Source: a virus
Lineage: Duplodnaviria > Caudoviricetes
Virus record (IMG/VR): IMGVR_UViG_3300030372_003104
Span: 1-63,359 of that record
DNA length: 63,359 bases
Strand: one strand, 5' to 3'
The position numbers were made by a program, and so were the translations under genes. Numbering within the stretch: position 1 is the stretch's first letter; every line of letters starts with the position of its first letter. Positions 18,237 to 29,096 of the stretch are shown piece by piece. Below the pieces are notes generated by a model. The model searched no databases and was not told the origin of the DNA. It saw only the letters and a program-made list of their open reading frames with translations.

Positions 18237-19334
18237 ATGGCAGATAAGGACAAAAGTAAAATATCAGATGAGCAGTTAAAATCAATAGGGATGAGTAGAG
18301 CTAAGTGGGAGGATCTTACCTCTTACTACTCGAAGCTAATGGATAAAGCTCTTGATAAGCCCGAAACAGGATTATTAAAGCCAGCTAACTTCATGAAAAT
18401 CTATGACCCTAATACAGAGTTAGTAGACGACTTTTCTTCTTTTGTATCGGGACTTTCTAGTGATCCGCAGATTAAAAATTTATTTGTGGGGGATGTAGAT
18501 AAGAAATTCACCCCTCTCGGAAATGACTCAAAGATGGGTTTGAGAGAAACTTTCAAGAAAAACTATACAGGCGGTGCTGAAGACGAGGTAATGAATAAGT
18601 TTAGTTTTGCAGAAGATACCGTCTTTGGAGAGTCTGACGACGAAAAAAAGATAACATCCCAAGGTGGTGATGTAAATGCCCCTCGTTATCAAGGCTTCAA
18701 CCCTGAAACAAAAGAAGAGACTTTTACCCCACCGAAAGAGGGTGATCAGGATTTTGAAGGGCCGCCAAGACCTACGCCAAAAACAGGTACAGGTGGGTCA
18801 ACTTCTAACCCACAAAAAGTTAATGCACTACAAGCGGCTAGGAATAAACAAGTAAGACTTTCAGGAGCAGAAGGCCCATATGGGTATAAAGGTGGGTTCG
18901 ACCAGATGCAAAAAGATCAGTCTATATTAAAGGCTACTCGTTTAGGGCAGAGAGAATCTGATGGAGGGTTCCGATTACGTAGTGCTGCTGAAAGGCAAGC
19001 ACGTATTCGTGAAGGCCAATTCAATTTACAAGAACCTAAAAGAATCGTTATGGAAAACTTCCGTAACAGATATGGCGATGGGGCAGGAGGCAGCAGACTA
19101 GAACAGGAAAGAAAACAGTTTGAGAAAGATACTGGTATGGAAGCTGAAGCTACTGAGCGTATGACTCGTGCGGGAGAAAAAGCTGTTGCTTTACAAAGGC
19201 AGCGTCAACAAAGACAAAAAACTTTAGATAAATATAGAGTAAAAGAACCTGAACCAATGTCTGCGGAGGTTGCAAAAGGATTCGAAAATACGGAAGCAAA
19301 CAGAAAAAGAATGAAGAAAATTCTAGGAAGCTAG
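18237..19334 (+). CDS. Putative internal virion/ejection protein
   Basis: Charged, low-complexity protein. First of three tandem large ORFs ending in a 2.3-kaa protein. Confidence 0.5.
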   Translation: MADKDKSKISDEQLKSIGMSRAKWEDLTSYYSKLMDKALDKPETGLLKPANFMKIYDPNTELVDDFSSFVSGLSSDPQIKNLFVGDVDKKFTPLGNDSKMGLRETFKKNYTGGAEDEVMNKFSFAEDTVFGESDDEKKITSQGGDVNAPRYQGFNPETKEETFTPPKEGDQDFEGPPRPTPKTGTGGSTSNPQKVNALQAARNKQVRLSGAEGPYGYKGGFDQMQKDQSILKATRLGQRESDGGFRLRSAAERQARIREGQFNLQEPKRIVMENFRNRYGDGAGGSRLEQERKQFEKDTGMEAEATERMTRAGEKAVALQRQRQQRQKTLDKYRVKEPEPMSAEVAKGFENTEANRKRMKKILGS

Positions 19335-19335
19335 T

Positions 19336-20454
19336 ATGAAGTTCAGTTCGTTACCACAATATGAGTTAGGAGAAAGGTACTCGAAAGACCGTACCTCTTC
19401 TAAATATAAGAGAGCTGCTAGAAGACTTAGAAAAAAAGGATATAAGTCTGAGGCAGGTAGGATGGCTTTGCAAGCAGAGCTAGAGCGTATGAACGAACCT
19501 ACGATTATGCGCCCAGAGCATAGAGAGCTTGAGGCTAAACAACAGGAGAGGTTAGTCCAGTCTAGAGTACCTCAAACACCTACAAGTACATCTGCTATAG
19601 ATCCATCACAAGGTATGGCAGATTTAAGAGGTAACTTCTTTGGAGATATAGCAGCTTCTAATTTACCTGTATCGGAGCAAGCAATGTTTGCTAAACGCTT
19701 TGACTCTCAGGTTTCTGACATGGCTAAACAACAGAAAGCATATGTTGATTTACAAAATGCTCAGAGGAAAAACAGAGAAGACCAAAGGGTAGCACAGCTA
19801 ACACCTCAAGTTGCTACAAGAGTTAGAGAAATCATGGAGTCAAAAGGTACTGACTCTCAGAAACAAAAAGCTCTGACTAAAACAATGTTATCTCCACAGG
19901 TATCAACAGCTCTATCTAGTACATCAGTCAGTTCTATATTCACTTCAGCAGCCGATCAGCTAAAGATTAACAAAGCAGATAGAAGTAAAATAGATGCTCT
20001 CGTTAAAGAAAGAGTTGGTAAAGGTGATCTCTCTTTGATTGATCAAGCATCACCTGAAATGTCAGACATGTATAGAGCTATAGGAATAAGAGAAAGCTCT
20101 AAAGAAACTAGAACTGAGCAGCTTAAAGAACTAGAAGATATCGAGGGCATGTTAAGTAGTTTACGTCGTGGGAATATTGAAGACAGTGCTCTCCAAGCAT
20201 TGATACAAGCACAAGGCATACCCGAAACTGCAGACAATAAACAAATACTCGTCGAGTTAATTCTTTTATTAACATATAACCAAGACTCAGAAGAAGAGAG
20301 AAACAGGTTATCTGAGATGAGTGAAGCAGATTTATATATTGAGGCGTACAAAGATTTATTCTCCCAAAAAGGTGCTCTCTCCATGAGAGGTCAACAGCAA
20401 CAAGCTGCGGTTAACCCTGCTGCTAGTGCTGCTGCATCTAATTGGAGTACTTAA
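19336..20454 (+). CDS. Putative internal virion/ejection protein
   Basis: Helical Q/A/S-rich protein. Function inferred from position. Confidence 0.5.
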   Translation: MKFSSLPQYELGERYSKDRTSSKYKRAARRLRKKGYKSEAGRMALQAELERMNEPTIMRPEHRELEAKQQERLVQSRVPQTPTSTSAIDPSQGMADLRGNFFGDIAASNLPVSEQAMFAKRFDSQVSDMAKQQKAYVDLQNAQRKNREDQRVAQLTPQVATRVREIMESKGTDSQKQKALTKTMLSPQVSTALSSTSVSSIFTSAADQLKINKADRSKIDALVKERVGKGDLSLIDQASPEMSDMYRAIGIRESSKETRTEQLKELEDIEGMLSSLRRGNIEDSALQALIQAQGIPETADNKQILVELILLLTYNQDSEEERNRLSEMSEADLYIEAYKDLFSQKGALSMRGQQQQAAVNPAASAAASNWST

Positions 20455-23400
20455 CTATAACATATACAACCCAAATTCTGCTGTGTCAGACCTATATCCA
20501 ACCCTATCGTTGGGGGAACAAACCCCTGTGCCTAATGACCTTGATCAAAATATCATCGTCCCTCCTTTAAAATCATTTAGCCAATGGTCGGCTAGTTCAG
20601 GATCAGAGATCAATGATCCATTGCTCGGTGCTCAAGGTTATGCCGACTATCAACGTGGGCATTTCTTCCGTACTGGAGAATTAAATGATGAAGTAGAAGG
20701 CTCAATAACACAAGGCTTGGTAGGCAGTTTACTTAACAATGGATTAGTGACTGAAGAAGACGTACAGGCAGAAGGTTTTCTATCTACACTTAAACCCGAA
20801 AGCGATGTGCAGACAAAGACTAACCTTATCCGTATGGCTTATGGTGAGGAGGCAGGTTCTATCTATAACAATAATATACAAAGTGATTCTGCTAATACAG
20901 AAGAATTAGATAAGCAACTTAACAGAGCTAAGACATTACTTGTTGAATCAGGTAACCTACCTTTTGCCAGAATAACAGACGAGAAAGGTATAGATAGAAT
21001 TGTAGGAGGAGTAGGTATTGAAAACAGGGGGGAGTCTTTAGATACTGCCGTTCGTTTAGGTGGGCTAGATTATTCAGATGCTTATCGTGTTATGTCAGGT
21101 CTTGAAAAAAGATCTGGTGATACATCAACTGCCTTCGAAAACATAAGGCAAGCAACTCTGCTTCGTGAACTAAATGATATTCTTGGGTCAGAAGATCCTT
21201 CTGATGATGTAACTCAGAACGCATTAGATGCTATGCGTGAGCTTGTAAAACAAAAGGATATAAAGCCTGATCAAGACCAGTCATCAGCTATGAGTGCTGT
21301 GATAAGAGACTTCCGTAAAGGATTGTCATGGAACTACAGCCGTAAGAATGGGTTTGGGGAAAGAGCAGCCCTTAATAGATTTAGTGATAAAGAGATTAAA
21401 GATACCGTTGAATTACTCGCAGCCAATGAGGTCAATGAGAAAGGTGAGTTTAAATTATACGATGAGGATGCTAAGAACATCCGCATATTAGGGAGCGGTC
21501 ACGTACTTGCACACCCTGCATTGATGCAGCAGAAAGAGAGGTTTGAGAGAGCTATAAAGTCAGATAAAAGATTATCCCCTGCTCAAGCTACGTCGCTCAG
21601 AAATCAGCGTAAGTTGTACAGAGAGTTAACGTATGAACAGTACGATAAGTTCCTGTCTGAAACTGCAGCTACTAGTGATGACTGGATGGCAGCGAAACAA
21701 GCAGGTAGAGTTAAAGGATTAAAAGATACTGATGTCTTAGATAGTTTTGTAGCTGATAACCGTAATTACAGTTCTATAAAAAATAGATTAGGAGATATAG
21801 CAGCCACTATCCCTGATGCGGTGATAGGGATGTTTGCTTCATTAGGGGCTATCGTATTCAAAAGCGAAAGAGCTACGAATTACTTAGTTGAAAACCAAAT
21901 GGACAGGCAACGTCGTAGAGAAGTGGCCGCTATCTTCGGGGATGACTTTGGTTGGGGTATGGATCTATCCAATGTGGTAGCTCCTATGATTGTTGATGTG
22001 TCTGCGACAGCTTTCTTATCTGCAACAACTTTAGGTGCAGGTGGTGTAGCCTATGCTGCTACGAAAACAACTGCAACATCGGCAGCTAAACTAGCTATTA
22101 AAAAACTTACTTCGTCTTTTGTAAGGAAGCAGTTTGGTGATGCTGCTAGAACATCCGTTAAAGCTACAGCTTTAAGAAGAAGCCTTAACGAGTCAGGAGA
22201 TCTCGCATCTAAAAATGGTGTTCAAGCTGCTCTTAAAGAATATAACAAAGCGGTCGCTAACAGAATGTTTCGGAAGTCTGTAGCGTACCCTTCAATGTTT
22301 TTACCTGCAGCTAACAGGAGTGCGGGTAGTACATATGCTACTGTATATGCTGCACAGCCTGACAACATGACTCACGAAGAGAAGCACGACGCAGCTTTAG
22401 GGTACGCTATGATGGCGGGTACTGTGACAGGTCTAATAACAACTGCTTTCATGGGTTTGGGCAGAGGCGGTTTTGAGAAAGAGTTCCTTAATGGTTTATC
22501 AAGTAAAGGACTTAATGCGGGTCTACAAAAACTTACTAACTTAAACATCGTTGGTAGAGGAGCGGCCGAAATAAAGAAAGAGATTGCTGATGTAGTAAGT
22601 AAGAAGTTATCAACTTCTTTGAAAGATCGTATAGGATCAAACTTAAAAGCATTTGGAATACCTGCAAGAGACGAAGCTTTAGAGGAAGGTCTTGATGAGT
22701 TTGTACAGACATTCATTATGGACGCTGCTCTTAATGAAGATACTCCTATGGTGGAGAGAATGATGATAGGACTACATGCCGCATCTTTAGGAGGAGCAAT
22801 GGGAGCAGGTGTTGTTGGTGTTCGTCGGATGATTGATAGAGGTAGAGGATCTCAGTATGAGCAGTTCCAAGAACAGAATATTAATAATTTAATTAACGAA
22901 CTTGAAGCTACAGGATCTCCACTAACAAAACAGTTTATCGAAAGTAATAAACCTGACATACTAAGACAACTAAGAACTGCTTCAAGATCTAGAGAAGATT
23001 TAAATGTTTCATTCGACCCACAACAAGAACTAAATTTTGACGAAGGAGTTACAACAGCTCCCGAAAGGGATGAAGTATCTGTAGGAGAGGCTAGAAGAAG
23101 TGCGTCTTCTGCAGGAGTAGCTTCTCAACAATTAGATTTGTTTGACCAACCCGCTCAAGAAGGTCAGATGGATTTCATAGAAGATTTATTAGGAAACAAA
23201 GTAAGTAAGGAAAACGCAAGGCAGCAGATAGAAGATGCGTTGGCAAGTATAAACACAGACTTCGTAAGATCTGCTAGTGAGGAATTAGAATTCAGAGAAT
23301 CTCAAGCGGGTGGGATCGAAGGGTTAGAAAAAGAAAGACTAGATAAAGTTAGGCAGCAAAAGTTTGAGGATAGTTTTGGCAATCTTTGGATAGACAAAGA

Positions 23401-26400
23401 AGAATCAGAAGTCTTAGGACAAGGACTGTCTGCAAAAGAACATTACCAAAGGTTTGAGAAAGCTCGGATAGAAGCTGTTAAAGTAGCTGAGTTCTGGGGC
23501 ATGGAAACACGTATAGATTATAACGAGAACAATAAAGCTAGAGGAGCATTCAGAGCAGAGAGACTACAAGACGGAACTGGAATGCGTTTGGTTATGAATC
23601 CTTGGGGTATGTCACGCCTGACAATGGGGCTTAATGAAGGAAACGCACAGCACGTTAGCCGCTTTGAAGCTGCTCACGAAGTTATACACCATGCTGCTTG
23701 GAGAAGTCTAAGTAAAGCTGAGTTGGATGAAATATTTTCTGTGTTAACTCCAACACAAGTGAATGAAATAATAGACACATACTACGACAATGAAGAGAAG
23801 CGTGTTAATGCACGTAACTTACTAACTCCTGATGCAAGCCCATCAAGAAGGCGTAACATGCAACACATTATAGTCGATGAGTTTCTTCGTATGAAAGCAC
23901 AGAAGCTAACGAAAGGGTATACGTCTGAAGAAGAAATTGAATTCTATAAGAGTAACCCAAACTTTGTCCGTGTTTTCTTACGTTACTTAGGTTCTTACTT
24001 AAATAGATTCAAGGCTATAAGAGAAAGAGACGGAGAAAACCCTGTTGTTGCTGCAGCTACAAATAGATTGACTGGAGAAATGGCAGCTCTCAGAGGAGGT
24101 TACGCCATAACATCTACTGTTAAGTTTGATGTTAATGATCCAGAAGGTACGATAAGAATCCTTGCACAATATTTAGATGATAGACCATTCACTAATGACC
24201 CAAACGAAAGACTTAACTTTGGAGATCGTGAAACACAGGCGGGGGCAGTAAACAATAAAGGTGGACAAAGAGGAGGTCTTGAAAGCGGGGAGTTGGATAC
24301 TGAACTAGGGGGTATTGAATACGGTAGTTACGCCCCACTGTTTCAGATAGCTATGTACGAAGAAGGCCCATACAGAAAGAAGATGGATGGTATGTGGTCT
24401 TGGCTGAATGCTTTCAGAGGTGATGTAGACCCACGAGTTAAGAGAGTGCTACAACAAAGACAGCAGATAAGAGAAGCTGTTGCTAATGATGTGGAAAAGT
24501 TTTCTATTAATCTTAAAAAGATTGTTGAAGAAGACTTTAAAGGCAACCCTCCAGCGGAACTAATCAGAACAATTATTGGAGACAGGAATAATATTTCTCC
24601 TGAGACAGACAATGCTTTTATGAAGTCTATAGAGGGCAACACTCCCGCTCAAATAAAAGCTAAGAGAGAGGCTTATGTTGCAGACAAACAAAAAGAATTC
24701 AATGATAGAAAAGCTGCTGCTGTAAAAGAACTAGCTAAACTACAAAACGTAGACCCTAATCAGGGGAATGATACGAGACTAATGAAACACCTTAATTCTC
24801 TACGAGGATTAACAACGCAGTTATCAAAAGAGATAAGAAGGATTGTAAAAGAAGATAGTGAGATGGGGATAGCTATTGGGGACAACCTTGAAATTTATAT
24901 ACATAGAAAATACAGACTGTTTTCTGAAAAAGAATACAGAGATAATATAAGAAATCACCCTGACTACGAGTCAGTAAGGAATGATGCAGGTGATTATCTG
25001 TTTAAGGAATATGTAAGATTACATAAAGACTGGCAGAACAATGATCGAAATATCTCAGACAAGACGGAGTTTAAAAAACAACTAGTTAATGATTACCTCG
25101 ATGTATTTATTAAAGGGGAAAATAACACTAGTAAAAACAACCTGATTAATAATCTTAAAGGACATAGGAAAAGTATAATTACTTTAGATATAGGAGCTTT
25201 AAAGACGAGGAAGAATCCTCCTCAAGAATTAAGAGAACTATTAGGGGAAATAACTGATAGTGAAAAAGGTTACGGTGATCTTGTAAGAACATTCCAACAC
25301 CTTGGTTTAATCGCTTCACAACTAAACTTTATAAATAATCTAAAAGAGCTTGGTCTTAATAATGGCTTTATTAAAAGTGCGGGTAAGAAAATAGATACGA
25401 CTGCTGAAGGTAAAGATATATACGAGCGTGATGCAGAGTTCGAAGGATCAAAAGAATTTGAAGAACTTGTCATACAAAAAGGGGAAGACATTAACTTAAT
25501 TAACGCTGCTCCTTTTGCCGATGGTAAAAAGTATTACGTCTTGAAGGAGATGCAGTCTGCTTTGAGTGCTATGCTCAACCCACAGACACAGGTAGATCCT
25601 ACCGAAGCACAAAAAGCAAATGAGTTTTTGATTAAGATAGGAGCTAAGTTAACTGGTCTATCTTTAGGAGCGAAGACTCTAGGCTCTATTGGATTCTATG
25701 TGCGTAACGTGTTTTCTAATATGTTATTTTTCGGCCCCGCTCAAGGGTTCTGGAAATTAGGTATGATGTCTAAGTCTTTACAGCAAGAGTTCATACGAAA
25801 GAAATATTTATCTATGTCACCAGAAGAAGTGAGTGCTTTCCACAGGACTGTAGGAGGTATGCTTGGGTTCGGTCAAGATATCAACGCCAGACTCATACAA
25901 GATTTATTAGAGAATCCTCCAAGCGAAGCTCAACTACAGCAAGAACTATTAAATGTTGTAAACGAAATAGAAGAAGCCACTGGTGAAAAGCCTTCTCTTG
26001 ATATCGACGTGCTCTCTAAGAAAGTAGGAGACTCAAGGTTAGGTAAGCTGTATGCAAGACTACGTGATCTATCACAAACAGTTGATACTTTCTTTAGGAT
26101 ATCAGCTTTTATGTTTGAACTTGATTACCTACAGAAAGCTAGAAAGTACGATCAAGATAATCCACCAAGTAAAGACGTTAAATCTAGGAGCTATGCGAAC
26201 TACAGTGATTCGCAACTCATGCAAGAGGCAGCAGATGTAATCAAAAAGACACAACAAAATTATAGTGAAGCACCTCCCTTCGTACAAAAAATGCAAGGCA
26301 ACTGGTTCGGTGTAATGTTCGCCCCATTCATCCGATTCAAAGTAGAAGTCCCAAGGATTATGTTGAATACAATTCCTCAAATCAAAAAGGAAATGCAACA

Positions 26401-27433
26401 CCATAATCCAGTTATTAAAAAAAGAGGTAAGGAAAGACTCATAGGTATGACTACTGTTATTACGGCTTTCTCAGCAGGTATTGGAGGAATCTTAAATGCT
26501 ATAGCAGGTATTGGAGAAGAGGAAGATGAAGCTATTAGGGACTCAATGCCTGAGTACTTGAGGACACACTCGTTTATTTATTTTGGTAAGGGAGACAAAT
26601 TAAAATCAGTAGACCTTACTTATGTTAATCCTTTTGCAATGGTAGTTGACCCTTTCTTACGAGCATTTGAAAAGATATGGAGAGGGTCACCCGCAGAGGG
26701 TGGTGCTGCATTCTTCAAAACATTAGTAGCTGACCAGTACTTAGATCAACAGATCCTCGCAGGTGCAGTGACTAGTGCTCTTAATAACAGAGATCCAGAG
26801 ACAGGCAGACCAATAACCGAAGCTAATGATACAGCATGGGAAGCGTTTACTAAAAAGTTTCAATTCATGTTTAGTGAAGCGTACATGCCACGAACACCTG
26901 ATAACCTAATCGAGAATGGTATAAAGAAACTTAGCGAAGGCGATCCAGATGCTATTGATTTTGTGCTTACCCCTGCGGGGGCTTTAGCAATGGAGTTCCT
27001 TCCATTCAAATCACATGATGTGTCACTTGAAAAACAATTCGATAGGTTCTTATCTGAACGATCAGGAGAATATCGTCGGGCTGTCGCAACCAAGAACACA
27101 ATGTACACCGATAGAAATCTCCCAGAAGGTACAGTTAGAAAGTTAGCCGATAGTGAGATCGAAAGACGTAGAAGAATTAACGCACACTTACTCCGTACAA
27201 TGAGAGGGTTTGAAAGTTTAGGTCTGACTAAAGAACAGATATACTCACAAGCTACCGAACGTGGTTATGGTAAGCGGAGGATGGCACTTCTTCTGAATGG
27301 ATTAATGGAACGTCCTGCATTGCAAACACCTTTCATTAGGAACATGGCAGTGAAAGGTGATTTACATATAGAAAGATTAAGGACATTCCAGAATCAACTT
27401 GAGAACTACGATCGCTACATCCCTGTAGAATAA
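20426..27433 (+). CDS. Large polyvalent internal virion/ejection protein with a zincin-like HEXXH domain (likely start GTG 20483)
   Basis: Gly/Ala-rich hydrophobic helices, E..EE..Q motif, AAHEVIHHA, and C-terminal KT..S....RN..SN and PF..F..E..R patterns typical of podophage ejection proteins. Confidence 0.7.
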   Translation: MLLHLIGVLNYNIYNPNSAVSDLYPTLSLGEQTPVPNDLDQNIIVPPLKSFSQWSASSGSEINDPLLGAQGYADYQRGHFFRTGELNDEVEGSITQGLVGSLLNNGLVTEEDVQAEGFLSTLKPESDVQTKTNLIRMAYGEEAGSIYNNNIQSDSANTEELDKQLNRAKTLLVESGNLPFARITDEKGIDRIVGGVGIENRGESLDTAVRLGGLDYSDAYRVMSGLEKRSGDTSTAFENIRQATLLRELNDILGSEDPSDDVTQNALDAMRELVKQKDIKPDQDQSSAMSAVIRDFRKGLSWNYSRKNGFGERAALNRFSDKEIKDTVELLAANEVNEKGEFKLYDEDAKNIRILGSGHVLAHPALMQQKERFERAIKSDKRLSPAQATSLRNQRKLYRELTYEQYDKFLSETAATSDDWMAAKQAGRVKGLKDTDVLDSFVADNRNYSSIKNRLGDIAATIPDAVIGMFASLGAIVFKSERATNYLVENQMDRQRRREVAAIFGDDFGWGMDLSNVVAPMIVDVSATAFLSATTLGAGGVAYAATKTTATSAAKLAIKKLTSSFVRKQFGDAARTSVKATALRRSLNESGDLASKNGVQAALKEYNKAVANRMFRKSVAYPSMFLPAANRSAGSTYATVYAAQPDNMTHEEKHDAALGYAMMAGTVTGLITTAFMGLGRGGFEKEFLNGLSSKGLNAGLQKLTNLNIVGRGAAEIKKEIADVVSKKLSTSLKDRIGSNLKAFGIPARDEALEEGLDEFVQTFIMDAALNEDTPMVERMMIGLHAASLGGAMGAGVVGVRRMIDRGRGSQYEQFQEQNINNLINELEATGSPLTKQFIESNKPDILRQLRTASRSREDLNVSFDPQQELNFDEGVTTAPERDEVSVGEARRSASSAGVASQQLDLFDQPAQEGQMDFIEDLLGNKVSKENARQQIEDALASINTDFVRSASEELEFRESQAGGIEGLEKERLDKVRQQKFEDSFGNLWIDKEESEVLGQGLSAKEHYQRFEKARIEAVKVAEFWGMETRIDYNENNKARGAFRAERLQDGTGMRLVMNPWGMSRLTMGLNEGNAQHVSRFEAAHEVIHHAAWRSLSKAELDEIFSVLTPTQVNEIIDTYYDNEEKRVNARNLLTPDASPSRRRNMQHIIVDEFLRMKAQKLTKGYTSEEEIEFYKSNPNFVRVFLRYLGSYLNRFKAIRERDGENPVVAAATNRLTGEMAALRGGYAITSTVKFDVNDPEGTIRILAQYLDDRPFTNDPNERLNFGDRETQAGAVNNKGGQRGGLESGELDTELGGIEYGSYAPLFQIAMYEEGPYRKKMDGMWSWLNAFRGDVDPRVKRVLQQRQQIREAVANDVEKFSINLKKIVEEDFKGNPPAELIRTIIGDRNNISPETDNAFMKSIEGNTPAQIKAKREAYVADKQKEFNDRKAAAVKELAKLQNVDPNQGNDTRLMKHLNSLRGLTTQLSKEIRRIVKEDSEMGIAIGDNLEIYIHRKYRLFSEKEYRDNIRNHPDYESVRNDAGDYLFKEYVRLHKDWQNNDRNISDKTEFKKQLVNDYLDVFIKGENNTSKNNLINNLKGHRKSIITLDIGALKTRKNPPQELRELLGEITDSEKGYGDLVRTFQHLGLIASQLNFINNLKELGLNNGFIKSAGKKIDTTAEGKDIYERDAEFEGSKEFEELVIQKGEDINLINAAPFADGKKYYVLKEMQSALSAMLNPQTQVDPTEAQKANEFLIKIGAKLTGLSLGAKTLGSIGFYVRNVFSNMLFFGPAQGFWKLGMMSKSLQQEFIRKKYLSMSPEEVSAFHRTVGGMLGFGQDINARLIQDLLENPPSEAQLQQELLNVVNEIEEATGEKPSLDIDVLSKKVGDSRLGKLYARLRDLSQTVDTFFRISAFMFELDYLQKARKYDQDNPPSKDVKSRSYANYSDSQLMQEAADVIKKTQQNYSEAPPFVQKMQGNWFGVMFAPFIRFKVEVPRIMLNTIPQIKKEMQHHNPVIKKRGKERLIGMTTVITAFSAGIGGILNAIAGIGEEEDEAIRDSMPEYLRTHSFIYFGKGDKLKSVDLTYVNPFAMVVDPFLRAFEKIWRGSPAEGGAAFFKTLVADQYLDQQILAGAVTSALNNRDPETGRPITEANDTAWEAFTKKFQFMFSEAYMPRTPDNLIENGIKKLSEGDPDAIDFVLTPAGALAMEFLPFKSHDVSLEKQFDRFLSERSGEYRRAVATKNTMYTDRNLPEGTVRKLADSEIERRRRINAHLLRTMRGFESLGLTKEQIYSQATERGYGKRRMALLLNGLMERPALQTPFIRNMAVKGDLHIERLRTFQNQLENYDRYIPVE

Positions 27434-27496
27434 AAAGAAACCCGCCCCTACGAGAATAAAGATATAAGAAACTCGTAAGGACGGGGTCTTTGTTTT
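27434..27496. terminator. Probable bidirectional intrinsic terminator between convergent transcription units
   Basis: AAAGAAACCCGCCCCTACGAG...CTCGTAAGGACGGGGTCTTTGTTTT imperfect stem with A and T tails. Confidence 0.65.
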
Positions 27497-27594
27497 GGTA
27501 AAAAGACAATCAAGACAAAAGGGGAATACCTAGAAACCTTTCATCTATCATGTCAGTGTATCGACGAGGCATTGGTGGGTCGAATTGTTCTTCA

Positions 27595-27810
27595 TTAAAA
27601 TGTAGCCCTCATATGATACATATACCGATCCATTAATGAATCATATATAGCTTCTGCCTCTGCACGATTCTTACCCCAATACAATGTGGTCGGACTTTGT
27701 TTGTCACGCTCACCATACACATGGTAGTTTGGAATCGGTGCGTCTGATTGCGTCATTAGTATTCTCGCAAATGGAGGGCGGTCGGGCTTACAATATTTTT
27801 TAATAAACAT
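27595..27810 (-). CDS. Hypothetical protein
   Basis: ORF tightly packed in the minus-strand operon. Confidence 0.55.
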   Translation of the reverse strand: MFIKKYCKPDRPPFARILMTQSDAPIPNYHVYGERDKQSPTTLYWGKNRAEAEAIYDSLMDRYMYHMRATF

Positions 27811-27811
27811 T

Positions 27812-28117
27812 TTACTCTTTCTGTATGTTCTCTATCTTATCTTTTATTTTATCAATAGCACTGCTCACTTCGTCATGCTTGAGTAAAGATTTAACTTTGC
27901 GTTCCGCAGATGAGACAGTACTAAAATGTCTGCCAAACATCTCACCGATTGTCTTCAGTGGTATACCATACTCTTTGGAAACATACATTCCTAAGTGTCT
28001 CCAATCGGCAACGGTTCCGCCTGATACATCAGAGGATAAGTCCTCTGCTGTAAATCCTGAGATATCTGTTATTGCTTTTAGCACTTGTTGTGGTTCTACT
28101 TTTTTAACTAGTTTCAT
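27812..28117 (-). CDS. Stand-alone DnaA domain IV-like HTH protein
   Basis: RHLGMYVSKE.GIPLKTIGEMFGRHFSTVSSAERKV aligns by eye with the DnaA C-terminal consensus RQIAMYL..E....L..IG..FG.RDHTTV..A.RKI. Confidence 0.75.
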   Translation of the reverse strand: MKLVKKVEPQQVLKAITDISGFTAEDLSSDVSGGTVADWRHLGMYVSKEYGIPLKTIGEMFGRHFSTVSSAERKVKSLLKHDEVSSAIDKIKDKIENIQKE

Positions 28118-28337
28118 CTTGGTTGTTATTTGGAAAGAAGAAGTTTGCTTGTTCTTCTGCTCGGTTTTTTGCGTGGTCTTTAAAATTGAAAGGCAAACCC
28201 TCCCCGATACGAGGAGGGTCTGATGGGATAATCGGGAAGATCCTCACTGTATCCTTGATGATATTACCTTCATCATCCGTCTGAGCATCTATGATAATAG
28301 GTGCTCCTTTTGGTTGAATCTGTCTTATTATATTCAT
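28104..28337 (-). CDS. Hypothetical protein
   Basis: ATG at 28337 (MNIIRQ) preferred over the start that overlaps the upstream gene. Confidence 0.55.
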   Translation of the reverse strand: MNIIRQIQPKGAPIIIDAQTDDEGNIIKDTVRIFPIIPSDPPRIGEGLPFNFKDHAKNRAEEQANFFFPNNNQDETS

Positions 28338-28390
28338 CTTGGATACAGGAGTATAGTTGATATAATTATATGGGTCAAGACTAAATATGA

Positions 28391-28762
28391 TTAAACTGTT
28401 TGATCCATTATGGCACTGTCTGGTTCGTTCTCGTTGGCACTCCACTCAGCTAGTCGAGTGATGTCATCGATAGCTTCTATCGCAGCGACCTTTTCTTTAT
28501 ATCCACAGTCCGATATCGCTATCTTAGTTTTGATCTGAGCTGCGGTCATGTACACCTCACTGATGTTCTTGTAGTTGATAGGTTCCTTTCGGTTAACCTC
28601 TTCTCTTATCAATGTATTAAGCGGGATATATTTACCAACGCCTCTTGTTCCTTTCTCACGAAAAGTTATTGATGGTTCTGGGTCAGGTGTCAGTGATACA
28701 TGGTACGTTGTTCCATCGATCTCTGCTACTCTTGTTATTTGTTTCTCTAGTTTAGTTGCCAT
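28391..28762 (-). CDS. Hypothetical protein
   Basis: 123-aa ORF in the operon. Confidence 0.7.
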   Translation of the reverse strand: MATKLEKQITRVAEIDGTTYHVSLTPDPEPSITFREKGTRGVGKYIPLNTLIREEVNRKEPINYKNISEVYMTAAQIKTKIAISDCGYKEKVAAIEAIDDITRLAEWSANENEPDSAIMDQTV

Positions 28763-29096
28763 TTTCTTTATTATGTTTTTTAGTTTTTAGTTTATCCCAC
28801 ATCGACTGCTCTGTTAAATGCGTGATGTTAGTTGCGGGGTGGATGTTGTCAGCCTCTTCTTCTTGTAACCATTTCAGTGCGTGTTCTACTCCTGCTCTGT
28901 ACGAGGAGCATCGCATACGCATCTTGATTAAGTCCAACTGAAGTTCTTTATACATCCCTTCCCAATCTGTTTCAATGTTCGTGTTTAGTTTTTTCTCGTC
29001 TGCTCTGGATGTTTCAGATGCCGCAGCGAAGAACTTCAATACGATTACTATTAAGAATAACCATATGATTACTCCTGCTATTATTGTTGTTGTCAT
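28752..29096 (-). CDS. Hypothetical membrane-anchored protein
   Basis: N-terminal hydrophobic helix IIAGVIIWLFLIVIVLKFF. Confidence 0.65.
   Translation of the reverse strand: MTTTIIAGVIIWLFLIVIVLKFFAAASETSRADEKKLNTNIETDWEGMYKELQLDLIKMRMRCSSYRAGVEHALKWLQEEEADNIHPATNITHLTEQSMWDKLKTKKHNKENGN

Noticed and set aside
20426-27433. N4- or crAss-like virion RNA polymerase reading hairpin promoters
   Set aside because: No T7-type (DxxGR, Rx3Kx7YG, HD) or DxDxD polymerase motifs were seen. The features fit an ejection protein. A structure search would settle it.
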